Source: Ignavibacteriales bacterium
GTDB lineage: Bacteria > Desulfobacterota_D > UBA1144 > Nemesobacterales > CSP1-2
DNA: 43,613 nt
Assembly (NCBI GenBank): GCA_050259195.1
Contig: JBLNAE010000362.1
Location: 1-43,613, forward strand
Direction of reading: 5' to 3'
Shown: positions 27,299-36,465 of the stretch, piece after piece
Position numbering within the stretch: position 1 is the stretch's first letter
Layout: each line of letters opens with the position of its first letter
Translations under genes and position numbers: made by a program
The notes under the pieces: generated by a model
What the model was told of the DNA's origin: nothing
The model's database searches: none
What the model saw: the letters and a program-made list of their open reading frames with translations, nothing else

Positions 27299-28354
27299 TT
27301 AACAAATTCTTGGAAGCTGCTCTCCCGTCAGCATATCCACCACACGCATACCCCCTATCCTGGTTTTCATAAGAACCATGCCGGGGTGGTCACTTGTGAC
27401 TTCCCCAATAATTACCGCCTCCCTACCCAAAGGGTTTGCTCTCATCTTCTCAACCATACGCTCGGCGTCATCTTTATCCGCGATTGCGATGAGTTTTCCC
27501 TCATTCGCCACATAGAGTGGATCTAGCCCAAGCATTTCGCAGGCTCCTCTTACCTCTCTGGTTATAGGGAGTTTATTCTCATTTATCCGAATTCCGGCCT
27601 TGGAGCTGGATGCAATCTCGTTTAGGGTGCTCGCCACACCTCCGCGCGTGGGGTCTCTCATACAATTTATTTTTGTACTTACATCTAGCATATCCATGAC
27701 AAGAGATGTCAGTGGCGCCGTATCACTCAAAATTTGAGTTTCAAAATCGAGTCCCTCTCTAGTTGACATGATGGCAATCCCGTGAATCCCTATAGCGCCG
27801 CTCAAAATTACTTTATCCCCCGGTTTTGCCCTATCAGAAGAAATCTGGACACCTCTTTGAACAATACCCACACCCGATGTGCTTATAAAAATCTTATCCC
27901 CTTTTCCCTTGTCCACTACCTTTGTATCGCCCGTGACAAGCAAAACACCGGCCTCTTCACAAGCGCTCCTTATCGAAATAACAACCCTCCAGAGATCCTC
28001 CATCGGAAATCCTTCTTCAAGAATAAAAGCCGCACTCATAAAAAGCGGTTTTGCCCCGCTTACAGCAAGGTCGTTTATAGTTCCATTTACAGCAAGCCTT
28101 CCAATGTCTCCTCCAGGGAAAAATATTGGATTTACAACGTATGAGTCTGTTGTAAACGCAAGCTTTGTTCCATTCACATCAAAAACGGCTGAATCATTTA
28201 GAGGTTCGAGATATGGATTCTCAAATTGAGAAAGGAATATTTTCTTTATGAGGTCTGCCGAGAGTTTTCCACCGCTTCCGTGACCGAGGAGTATATTTTT
28301 ATAGTCCGTGATGGGCAAAGGGCAGCTAAGAACAAATTCAGCTTTTTCAGACAT
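27299..28354 (-). CDS. hypE: Hydrogenase maturation protein HypE (carbamoyl dehydratase)
   Basis: AIR-synthase-like fold (HGSGG near the N-terminus) and the diagnostic C-terminal PRIC. Confidence 0.95.
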   Translation of the reverse strand: MSEKAEFVLSCPLPITDYKNILLGHGSGGKLSADLIKKIFLSQFENPYLEPLNDSAVFDVNGTKLAFTTDSYVVNPIFFPGGDIGRLAVNGTINDLAVSGAKPLFMSAAFILEEGFPMEDLWRVVISIRSACEEAGVLLVTGDTKVVDKGKGDKIFISTSGVGIVQRGVQISSDRAKPGDKVILSGAIGIHGIAIMSTREGLDFETQILSDTAPLTSLVMDMLDVSTKINCMRDPTRGGVASTLNEIASSSKAGIRINENKLPITREVRGACEMLGLDPLYVANEGKLIAIADKDDAERMVEKMRANPLGREAVIIGEVTSDHPGMVLMKTRIGGMRVVDMLTGEQLPRIC

Positions 28355-28434
28355 TTAATTCCCCCCTTTTTAATTTCAGACCGCCGAATTTAATATCATC
28401 ACCTTTGTGTCTATTAATCCGTTATTATGCAACT

Positions 28435-29016
28435 TTAAATAATGTCTTCCTCTCCCATTACAACATGGACCATATCCCATAGTATATGGAGAAGCGTTTC
28501 CTGGGTTTCCTGTATGCGATGAATACTGTAGGTTGGGACAACGAAGCAGTAGTCAGATACCTCAGGCATCTGCCCGCCGTCTTTCCCCACAAAACCGATT
28601 GTCATCATACCCATTTCCTTTGCAACCTTGAGTCCGCGCAGAACATTCGGAGATTTGCCGCTTGTGCTGATTCCCAATACCATATCTCCCTCTTTTCCAA
28701 TCAGCTTAATCTGGTCATGAAAGACCATTGAGAAATCCTTATCGTTGCCAATAGCGGTCATTGTAGCCACATCGGTGTTCAGTGCAATCGCAGGTAGCGG
28801 ACGGCGTTTTTCTATGATTGGATGAAGAAACTCTACCGCAACGTGCAGAGCATCGCATGCGCTCCCTCCGTTTCCCATTACGAGAAGTTTGTGACCACCA
28901 TTAAACGCCTTTGCCATATCCTCAGCAACTCGCACGATTTTATCCGCGTTTTCTTCAAAAAACTTTTCTTTTTGATCCATGCTCTCCCTGCATTTACGCA
29001 TAATTGTTTCTTTCAT
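28435..29016 (-). CDS. SIS-domain protein, GmhA/DiaA-like (phosphoheptose isomerase family)
   Basis: GNGGSACDALHVAVEF and ISTSGKSPNV motifs. ATG 29016 is preferred over the GTG at 29028. The gene sits between hypD and hypE. Confidence 0.8.
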   Translation of the reverse strand: MKETIMRKCRESMDQKEKFFEENADKIVRVAEDMAKAFNGGHKLLVMGNGGSACDALHVAVEFLHPIIEKRRPLPAIALNTDVATMTAIGNDKDFSMVFHDQIKLIGKEGDMVLGISTSGKSPNVLRGLKVAKEMGMMTIGFVGKDGGQMPEVSDYCFVVPTYSIHRIQETQETLLHILWDMVHVVMGEEDII

Positions 29017-29060
29017 TCCACTCACCACCTGTTACGGTTTCAAGTTATATTTTAACTTAA

Positions 29061-29152
29061 AACCGGATACAGAGAACACAGAACACACAAAGAGCCAAAA
29101 ATTTATAGACTCCGCGACTCTGCGTTCTGTAGATAAAAGGTTTTTAACCGGA
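29061..29152. repeat. Imperfect-palindrome intergenic element (hypD / SIS spacer) bracketed by direct AACCGGA
   Basis: ACAGAACACA (29078-29087) matches the reverse complement of CTCTGCGTTCTGT (29118-29130). AACCGGA occurs at 29061-29067 and again at 29146-29152. It shares GGATACAG with the 30305-30389 copy. Confidence 0.5.
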
Positions 29153-29167
29153 ATTTCTTAACTCTAC

Positions 29168-30286
29168 TTACTTTCCATGAGAAGCGACTTCCGCCAGGTT
29201 TAAGTACCTACCATAGTTGTAATAGGCGGCGCAGGCTCCTTCCGAAGATACCATTGTTGCCCCCAGCGGATGCTCAGGTGTACATTGCTTGCCAAAGGCC
29301 GGACACTCGTGCGGTTTTTTTAGACCCTTTAAAACCTGACCGCTGATACACATTGAAGACTCCTCGGCTTCTATAGAATCAACATCAAAAATCCTCTCCG
29401 CGTCGTGCTCTCGAAATTCGTATTTAAGCTTATAGCCGCTTTTTGGAATTATCCCTATTCCCCGCCACTTTCTATCCGCAACCTCAAAGACGCTGAATAT
29501 TAATTTTTGCGCCGGTATGTTTCCATCCCGTTTTACAGCCCTTGTGTACTGATTTTCAACCTCAAATTTTCCATCTTCTAATTGTTTTACTGCCATGTAC
29601 ACACCTTCGAGCAAATCCAAAGGCTCAAACCCCGTGACCACGATTGGAACCTTATAACGCGCCGCTATCGGCTCATATTCCTTCCATCCCATTATGGCGC
29701 ATACATGCCCGGCACCCAAAAATCCTCGAACGCGATTATAGGGCGACTGCAAAATGGAAGCCATCGAAGGAGGAACGAGAACGTGAGAGACAAGAATAGA
29801 GAAGTTCTTTATTCCCAATCTCTTTGCCTGCCATACGGCCATCGCATTCGCAGGAGCCGTAGTCTCAAAACCCACAGCGAAAAAAACTACCTTTTTATTG
29901 GGGTTATTTTGGGCAACCTTGAGGGCATCAAGTGGAGAATAAACAATTCTCACATCCCCGCCCTGAGATTTAACAGCAAAAAGGTCTCTTTTTGAACCCG
30001 GAACCCTGAGCATATCTCCAAAAGAGCAGAAGATTACGTCGGGGCGCGAGGCAATTTCCAGCGCTTTATCAATCATCTCAAGAGGCGTAACGCAAACCGG
30101 GCATCCGGGACCATGAACCAGCGTAACCTCTTTAGGAAGGAGTTCATCTATCCCGTACTTGACTATGGTGTGGGTCTGCCCACCGCAAACCTCCATTATA
30201 ACCCAGGGGTGCCTTACCAAACGGTGAATCATGTCTACCATTAGAGATGCCGCTTCTTCATCTCTGTACTCATCAAGGAATTTCAT
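29168..30286 (-). CDS. hypD: Hydrogenase maturation protein HypD
   Basis: [14 protein letters not shown] and GFETT motifs. Confidence 0.96.
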   Translation of the reverse strand: MKFLDEYRDEEAASLMVDMIHRLVRHPWVIMEVCGGQTHTIVKYGIDELLPKEVTLVHGPGCPVCVTPLEMIDKALEIASRPDVIFCSFGDMLRVPGSKRDLFAVKSQGGDVRIVYSPLDALKVAQNNPNKKVVFFAVGFETTAPANAMAVWQAKRLGIKNFSILVSHVLVPPSMASILQSPYNRVRGFLGAGHVCAIMGWKEYEPIAARYKVPIVVTGFEPLDLLEGVYMAVKQLEDGKFEVENQYTRAVKRDGNIPAQKLIFSVFEVADRKWRGIGIIPKSGYKLKYEFREHDAERIFDVDSIEAEESSMCISGQVLKGLKKPHECPAFGKQCTPEHPLGATMVSSEGACAAYYNYGRYLNLAEVASHGK

Positions 30287-30304
30287 TTAAACCTCCTTTT
30301 ATTA

Positions 30305-30389
30305 GCCACGAATGAAATAAGCAGGATACAGTATGCAGAATACAGGGGAGAAATACTGCTGTATTCTTCTGTTCGTATGTATTCATGGC
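30305..30389. repeat. Imperfect-palindrome intergenic element (hypC / hypD spacer)
   Basis: Outer arms are GCCACGAAT (30305-30313) and ATTCATGGC (30381-30389). Inner arms are AGAATACAG (30337-30345) and CTGTATTCT (30359-30367), with a 13-nt loop. Confidence 0.6.
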
Positions 30390-30392
30390 GAA

Positions 30393-30650
30393 TTAATCAT
30401 CTTCTTGTGGCGTTTGAATTTCCCCAAGCTCATTCATCCGGTCAAGAAACTCAAAAACCCTTTTAGCTTCTTCTTCATCAACCTTGCTCAGAGCAAATCC
30501 CACATGAACAAGGGCATAATCCCCAATCTGTATATCGGGGACGTACTCAAAACATGCCTTTCTTGCGACACCATCAAAGTCAACCTTTCCCATCTTCAGC
30601 CCGTTTTCATAGAAAATTTCAGTTACCTTTCCAGGAATCGCTAAACACAT
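30393..30650 (-). CDS. hypC: Hydrogenase maturation chaperone HypC
   Basis: 85 aa starting MCLAIPGKV, with the essential N-terminal Cys2. Confidence 0.95.
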   Translation of the reverse strand: MCLAIPGKVTEIFYENGLKMGKVDFDGVARKACFEYVPDIQIGDYALVHVGFALSKVDEEEAKRVFEFLDRMNELGEIQTPQEDD

Positions 30651-30669
30651 CTCTTTGCACCTCCTTTTT

Positions 30670-33015
30670 TCAAATGATGCATTGCGCGGCAGCCACCGCT
30701 ACCTGTCCAAGCGATATGCCCCCATCGTTTGGAGGCACCCGCTGGTGTATATACGGTTTGAATCCCTCTTCTTCAAGCCTCTTCCATGAGCGCTCTGTTA
30801 AATATCTGTTTTGAAATACGCCCCCCGTTAGGACTACTTTCTCAATACTCAACATGTTAGCTACGCTTATTACCATCTCAGATAATGTATTGTGAAACTT
30901 TGTTGATATATCCTCTATAGGCCTTCTCTCTTGAACATTCTCTAGGATGGCTAAAACCATAGGAGCCCAGTCCAAGATGTAGTATGGAAATATAGAAGAA
31001 TGAGGCTCCTGTTCCTTTTCCGTAATTTCAAAAGGGTAAGATGAGTTGATTTCATCTCCTGTAATATACTCAAGCTCCATAGCAGCCTGTCCCTCAAAGC
31101 TCGCCCTTTGCCTCAAGCCAATTAAGGCGGCGATCCCATCAAAAATGCGCCCTACGCTTGATGTAAGAGGAGAATTTATACCCTTCTTTATCATCTGCCC
31201 GAAAATTCTAATCTCTTCTTCTCCAAATACTCTAAGAAACGGAATCTCCATTCTGTCGGTAAAATCCTCGCCAAAGAGTTCATAGAGAACCCCTAAAGCC
31301 GCCCTCCTTGGCTCACGAATTGATTTTTCTCCCCCAGGAAGTCTAAATGTCCTAAATTGGCAAACGCGCCTAAATGACCTGTAATCGGCCATGAGGAACT
31401 CGCCGCCCCATACGGTTCCATCCGTGCCGTAACCTGTCCCGTCCCAGGAAACCCCCAAAACAGTCTCATCCAACTCGTTCTCAGCCATACAGGCCGCAAC
31501 GTGGGCATGGTGGTGCTGAACCTCTATGGTGGGCAGATCCAGGCTTTTAGCATACTTTGTAGAGAGATAATCAGGATGCATATCACATGCAACCACTTCA
31601 GGCTCAAATCCATATAGCTTCTTAAAATCTCTTATTATCCTTTGAAAAGCCTCATACGCTTCTTGTGTCTCAAGGTCTCCTATGTGCTGGCTTATAAGTA
31701 CTTGATCATTTATAGAAATCGCTACCGTATTTTTCAGGTGCGCTCCCACGGCCAGAATTTTAGGCACTGGCAGGGTTACATTACGACAAACCGGAAGAGG
31801 AGCGTATCCCCTTGCACGCCTAAGAATCATTTCCCTTCCCAGGGTTATCCGCACAATAGAATCGTCTACGTGTCTCATGATTGGACGATTATGAACCAAA
31901 AAGATGTCTGCAATACCTTGAAGGCGGATTAAAGCCTCCTCTTCATCTATCACAATAGGTTCATCTTTGAGGTTTGCGCTTGTAGCCACAACAGGAAAGC
32001 CGAGTTCCCGCATTAGAATATGGTGAAGGGGTGTATACGGCAACATGACGCCCAGATAAGGGTTATTTGGAGCTACGATTGGGGTTAGCCGTAGAGGCGC
32101 AAAATTTTGCGCTTCTTCACTCTCTGCTTTTTTCTTAAGAAGAACAATTGGACTCTCTGGAGATAAGAGAAGACGCTCCTCAAATGATGAGACGTCACAG
32201 CAACTTTTCACTGAATCCAGAGATGGGAACAAAACCGCAAACGGCTTTTCCTCTCTGCTTTTTCTTCGACGAAGCCTAGCTACTGCCCCTTCATTTCCAG
32301 CATCCACAATAAGATGGAACCCACCTAAGCCCTTAAGTGCCAGAATTTCACCGCGGTTCACCGCTTGAGCCGCTTCAATTAGCGCGCTCTTTCCCTTGGA
32401 AATAACCTCTCCTTCGGGACTCCAAAGCTCAAGTGCCGGACCGCATATAGGGCAAGCGTTTGGCTGTGCATGGAATCTTCTATCCAAAGGCTCTCTATAC
32501 TCATATTTGCAATCCGGACACATGTTGAATATCTTCATTGATGTATTCGGCCTATCGTATGGAATCGCCTCAACCAGAGTAAATCTGGGGCCGCAGTTTG
32601 TGCAGTTCGTAAATGGATAGAGGAAGCGCCGGTCAGTGAGATCAAATACCTCCTTTACGCATTCATGACAAACAGCTATATCAGGAAGAACTAGGGCTGT
32701 TTTCTCTCCGCCCTCTTCGCTTTCTTTTATCTCAAACCTCTCATAACCGACAGGGTCCAAAAGAGAGAATTCCAGGCTCTGTATAATAGCTCTTTGCGGT
32801 TTTTCTCTATCTAAACGGAGCAAAAATGTAGCCAGGTTCTCTTCCATACCCTCAACCTCAATAAACACCCCTTGAGACAGATTTAAGACCCAACCATGGA
32901 GTTGGAGTTGTGTTGCCAAGCGGTATATGAAAGGTCTAAATCCGACCCCTTGAACTGCGCCACGCCCTATAATCCTAAGGCGTTTATTCTCTCCTGATTC
33001 TAATATATCCTGCAT
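30670..33015 (-). CDS. hypF: Carbamoyltransferase HypF
   Basis: Acylphosphatase-like N-terminus (VQGVGFRPF), two CxxC-x18-CxxC zinc fingers (CHEC...CTNCGPRF and CPDC...CPICGP), then YrdC-like and Kae1-like domains. The start is set at ATG 33015, which follows AGAGGAG. Confidence 0.95.
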   Translation of the reverse strand: MQDILESGENKRLRIIGRGAVQGVGFRPFIYRLATQLQLHGWVLNLSQGVFIEVEGMEENLATFLLRLDREKPQRAIIQSLEFSLLDPVGYERFEIKESEEGGEKTALVLPDIAVCHECVKEVFDLTDRRFLYPFTNCTNCGPRFTLVEAIPYDRPNTSMKIFNMCPDCKYEYREPLDRRFHAQPNACPICGPALELWSPEGEVISKGKSALIEAAQAVNRGEILALKGLGGFHLIVDAGNEGAVARLRRRKSREEKPFAVLFPSLDSVKSCCDVSSFEERLLLSPESPIVLLKKKAESEEAQNFAPLRLTPIVAPNNPYLGVMLPYTPLHHILMRELGFPVVATSANLKDEPIVIDEEEALIRLQGIADIFLVHNRPIMRHVDDSIVRITLGREMILRRARGYAPLPVCRNVTLPVPKILAVGAHLKNTVAISINDQVLISQHIGDLETQEAYEAFQRIIRDFKKLYGFEPEVVACDMHPDYLSTKYAKSLDLPTIEVQHHHAHVAACMAENELDETVLGVSWDGTGYGTDGTVWGGEFLMADYRSFRRVCQFRTFRLPGGEKSIREPRRAALGVLYELFGEDFTDRMEIPFLRVFGEEEIRIFGQMIKKGINSPLTSSVGRIFDGIAALIGLRQRASFEGQAAMELEYITGDEINSSYPFEITEKEQEPHSSIFPYYILDWAPMVLAILENVQERRPIEDISTKFHNTLSEMVISVANMLSIEKVVLTGGVFQNRYLTERSWKRLEEEGFKPYIHQRVPPNDGGISLGQVAVAAAQCII

Positions 33016-33186
33016 GTATAGAACTCCTCTATTTATACTCCGCACCGGATTCCACATACTCTAGACGGTTCATCGGTACACTCATAACTGAGACACACAG
33101 TTCGTGGGCGATGATCATTAACGTACCGAAAGAACCCTCTTTTTATTAGCTATATCGTAATCCGCTCACAAGTCCGGAAGCCAGCA

Positions 33187-33744
33187 TTACTCGCCCTCTC
33201 GGTGAGCAACAATGTCGAATGAGAACTTCAGCTCATCCTTGAGCTTGATTGCGCCCCCAACGGCAGTGACCTGCCTGATCCTGTAATCGCTCTGGCACAA
33301 TGTAAATCCGCCGCTTGCGCGCAGTGTATCTCCCAATAACCTGACCTGGGCGTCTATCTGTTCGTTTCTGGTGACTCCATGCAATGATAGATCACCCTTG
33401 ATAATGGTTCGATACCAGTTTTCTCCAATCTTGTTAACCGAGATATCCGTGCTCTTAAAAACAATGTTAGGGTAAGCAGAGACTTCGAGCACCTCATTGC
33501 GCATCTGACTCTCCATGTCCCGACGGTCTTTTTCGCTGATGTCGTCTGCCACTTTAAGTGAGTCTGCATTAATCGTAATATAGAGCGAAGCAGGCACGAG
33601 TGTATCAGGTGTGAATTGTATCTCGCCCGTGAAATCACGGATTGCGAGAGTGGGGTTGTGACCGAAGGCCGAGAGTACCCCACCGGCGAACGCCTGCACC
33701 CTAAACCAACTTTGGTTGGCATCTATTTTGTAATGAACAGTCAT
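33187..33744 (-). CDS. YceI-family (polyisoprenoid-binding-like) protein
   Basis: YceI-like beta-barrel pattern (HYKIDANQSWFRVQAF...GHNPTLAIRDFTGEI...LSLHGVTR). ATG 33744 is preceded by GAAAGGAA. No signal peptide is apparent. Confidence 0.7.
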   Translation of the reverse strand: MTVHYKIDANQSWFRVQAFAGGVLSAFGHNPTLAIRDFTGEIQFTPDTLVPASLYITINADSLKVADDISEKDRRDMESQMRNEVLEVSAYPNIVFKSTDISVNKIGENWYRTIIKGDLSLHGVTRNEQIDAQVRLLGDTLRASGGFTLCQSDYRIRQVTAVGGAIKLKDELKFSFDIVAHREGE

Positions 33745-33892
33745 AGTTTCATTCCTTTCTTCAAGAATCAATCTATTAGCCACAGAGGCTCAGGAACAGA
33801 TAATTCAGCTATTGAGGAGTTCACGGGTTTTTATTTAAAAAATCCTTTTCCCTGCGATCCATGCGCACCCGATGGCAAAGCAATAAACAGTG

Positions 33893-34321
33893 TTATTCTT
33901 CATGGTCGTGGTCATGTGCGTGATATTCCCTAAGATGCTCCTCAAGTATCTCATCAGCATTCACCGCAAGCCGCCTGATTGTAACGCCGCTTTCCAATTC
34001 CACTTCGTCTACTAACACCTGGTCACCTGATGCAATCTCGACATCAGGGGCGCCGCACCGAGGACACGTAAAAGGTGGATGGTTTATTTCGCTTTCGACT
34101 CCACACCGTTTACATCTAAATCGGGCGGGAATCTCTTCTATCTCAATCACAGCCTCTTGTGCGGGGGTGCCATCAGACACGAGTTGAAAGGAGAACTCGA
34201 GACTGTCGGGCACAACCATTTGCAACTTTCCGACCTGCAGACGGATTCGTCTCACCTTTTGTCCCTCCGTCGCATTCAGAACTACGTCTAAAATCCCCTC
34301 AGCAAGTCCCATCTCATGCAT
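33893..34321 (-). CDS. hypA: Hydrogenase nickel-insertion protein HypA with a His-rich C-terminal tail
   Basis: Starts MHEMGLAEG, with the MHE Ni-binding N-terminus. The zinc site is CKRCG...CPRCG and the tail is EYHAHDHDHEE. The SD AAAGGAG lies 5 nt upstream of ATG 34321. Confidence 0.9.
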   Translation of the reverse strand: MHEMGLAEGILDVVLNATEGQKVRRIRLQVGKLQMVVPDSLEFSFQLVSDGTPAQEAVIEIEEIPARFRCKRCGVESEINHPPFTCPRCGAPDVEIASGDQVLVDEVELESGVTIRRLAVNADEILEEHLREYHAHDHDHEE

Positions 34322-34421
34322 AGTGACTCCTTTTACAGCCCTCTTTGATACCATCACGCATCATACACTAAATATGTAGAAACGAGTCGCGGGTCATCTC
34401 TACATTCTTTACCGTGAACCA

Positions 34422-34709
34422 TCACATTGATCTGGCTTTAATATAACGCTCGATGTCGGGAAGCAGCCCAGCAATCCCCATCGGGAGCAGCCCGGCAATC
34501 CCCGCCTTCAAAGGATCCTGTAGATTTAGACCACTGGGGAGAATCCCGCTTAGCTTCTCCATCAAAGCCCCCCGCATCTCCGGGTTCGCTAACGCACGCC
34601 GGACATCCGGGTGCAACATGAGCAATCCAATGCCAAGAGCTATGAGGCCAATGCCCCCAGCTACGTACAACATGTCTTTCGTATCATCGGAAAGATCATA
34701 TCGGTTCAT
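34422..34709 (-). CDS. 95-aa membrane protein of unknown function
   Basis: A strong SD (GGAGGGAATCTTAC-ATG), one clear TM helix (LYVAGGIGLIALGIGLLML) and a duplicated GIAGLLP unit. I recognise no family. Confidence 0.55.
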   Translation of the reverse strand: MNRYDLSDDTKDMLYVAGGIGLIALGIGLLMLHPDVRRALANPEMRGALMEKLSGILPSGLNLQDPLKAGIAGLLPMGIAGLLPDIERYIKARSM

Positions 34710-34736
34710 GTAAGATTCCCTCCTTTCAAAGTTTAT

Positions 34737-35291
34737 TTATAGTGTCGCCGTGTTACAGTCTCTGTTAAGAATGTCCGCCACCAGCGATTCAATTAACTCG
34801 ATAGCCTCACCCACAGCGGCCTGCACCGGCTCACTCAGTCCCATATACCCCTCTTCTTCCGACTCTAATATCGCAGGCTCGCACCCTATGAGAAGAATCC
34901 TCTTGAATCCACCGCCCCCCATAGATTTAACCAAGTGGAGTACCTTTATAGGGTTCATGCCGTGCGTCTCCACTATCATCTCCTGCTCATCCGCATTATC
35001 TAGCCCTGCAAGATCAGGCTCGATGACATAGAGTGTGCCTGGCTTCTCTCCTCGTGGGACCGCATCAACAAGAATTGCTACATCGCAGCTATCGAGTAAT
35101 GCGTAAGCAAGATCAAATCCGCGTATCCCAAAGTCAACTATCCTCACCTCATCCGGCAGCATGCGCCTAGCCAACCGCTGTGTCACCTCAACACCGAATG
35201 CATCATCTCCCAAGAAAATATTTGCGATACCCGCGATAAGAATACGCGGCTCTACTCCTTTCTGCTCGAAATCCATCATGGGTTGATTCAT
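34737..35291 (-). CDS. NiFe-hydrogenase maturation endopeptidase (HyaD/HoxW/HycI family)
   Basis: ILIAGIANIFLGDDAFG N-terminal motif, the DAV...G...PG region, and THGMNP. The SD GGGGGAGG lies upstream. Confidence 0.88.
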   Translation of the reverse strand: MNQPMMDFEQKGVEPRILIAGIANIFLGDDAFGVEVTQRLARRMLPDEVRIVDFGIRGFDLAYALLDSCDVAILVDAVPRGEKPGTLYVIEPDLAGLDNADEQEMIVETHGMNPIKVLHLVKSMGGGGFKRILLIGCEPAILESEEEGYMGLSEPVQAAVGEAIELIESLVADILNRDCNTATL

Positions 35292-35340
35292 TACAAATTC
35301 CTCCCCCTATCATTACCGAGCGGCTCAACCTCTTCGGGCG

Positions 35341-35366
35341 AGAAGAAGAAGAAGAAGAAGAAGAAG
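35341..35366. repeat. Perfect trinucleotide microsatellite (GAA)8 / (TTC)8
   Basis: The 26-nt tract AGAAGAAGAAGAAGAAGAAGAAGAAG has perfect period 3. It lies 50-75 nt upstream of the protease start and inside a 29-codon minus-strand uORF (35291-35380). Confidence 0.95.
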
Positions 35367-35721
35367 CGATGGCCCGGCATTCTCACCTCGCCGGTTCATA
35401 GTTCAGTCGCTCTCTAGAGCTGAGGTTCCAAGCCCGACGGCAACGTTTAAATAACTCCCTTTCCTGGGACCTGATTATATAAGCCCATGCCATTGTAGCG
35501 CACCCCTGTAGGTAAATCGCAGGTTGGTTTAGCTCTGCCACAACCGACAGAATTATTTCAACTTAATTGATTGAGCTTGTCAATAAGCTTTCTCGAGTTT
35601 ACGCACCTCTTACGAAGCTGTTGATTTCGATATTATTATTCTTCCTTTGTTTTAAATGTTTCTTCTATTCTTAACTAAACGGAACTATTTAGTTACAATT
35701 TATAGATATTAGAGGTCAAAA

Positions 35722-36465
35722 ATGAAGTCCGTTCTTTATAACAGAATCTTAGATTTATTTCATACTTCAGGATTCAACGTATTCCGTCGAATTAGGGCAA
35801 GTGAATACGACCAACGAGTTTCCCCGAACAGACGTGTCATCAATCTACTTCCCAGTGCCAAATCCGTCATTTTAGTCGGATTTGCAGGTAGAAGCTTTTG
35901 GGAGATGCTTCAAGGATTTCTTAAAGAGAATCCAGAGTTTCGAGATACTCGAGAAGACTGGATTGACGACTACACAATACTGAGATTTATGGACGCGGCC
36001 AGGATTCTCGAAGATGAGAAGGTAAATTATGAAATGACCTTTCCATTTGGCTCCGGAGGATTCTCGCTCGATTTCTCTAAACTCGGCGAATTAGTAGGAG
36101 TAGGCGTTAGAAGCCTGATGGGCATTCTAATTCATCCTGAGTATGGTCTATGGATTTCTCTGCGAGGAGCTATCATTACCGACTTAGAATTCAATCAATA
36201 TGATGAACCATTATCCTATTTTAATCCATGTCCTCATTGCTCTAAGCCCTGCATTTCTGCATGCCCTGCAAGTACTGTTTCTGAAAACGGCTGGGATTAT
36301 ACCGCCTGCATGAAATTCCGACTCGATGATAATACGTGTAGAGATAATTGTACATCAAGACGCGCATGCCCTTATGGTAAAGAACATCAATATTCTGAGG
36401 AGCAACTCGCCCATCATCATCGGTTTGTCCTGAGAAGTGTAAGGAGGTATTGGGAGGGAATGTAG
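35722..36465 (+). CDS. Fe-S protein related to the epoxyqueuosine reductase (QueG) / reductive dehalogenase superfamily
   Basis: LIHPEYGLWISLRGAIITDLEF resembles the QueG core. It is followed by two Cys clusters (CPHCSKPCISACP and C...CRDNCTSRRACP). At 247 aa it is shorter than canonical QueG. Confidence 0.5.
   Translation: MKSVLYNRILDLFHTSGFNVFRRIRASEYDQRVSPNRRVINLLPSAKSVILVGFAGRSFWEMLQGFLKENPEFRDTREDWIDDYTILRFMDAARILEDEKVNYEMTFPFGSGGFSLDFSKLGELVGVGVRSLMGILIHPEYGLWISLRGAIITDLEFNQYDEPLSYFNPCPHCSKPCISACPASTVSENGWDYTACMKFRLDDNTCRDNCTSRRACPYGKEHQYSEEQLAHHHRFVLRSVRRYWEGM

Noticed and set aside
35292-35721. Relic of a hydrogenase large-subunit C-terminus (DPCxxCxxH) upstream of the maturation protease
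   Set aside because: No Asp-Pro-Cys coding triplet run is visible in the spacer on the minus strand in any frame: no GGATC or GGGTC is followed by a Cys anticodon pattern. No ORF here exceeds 60 codons.
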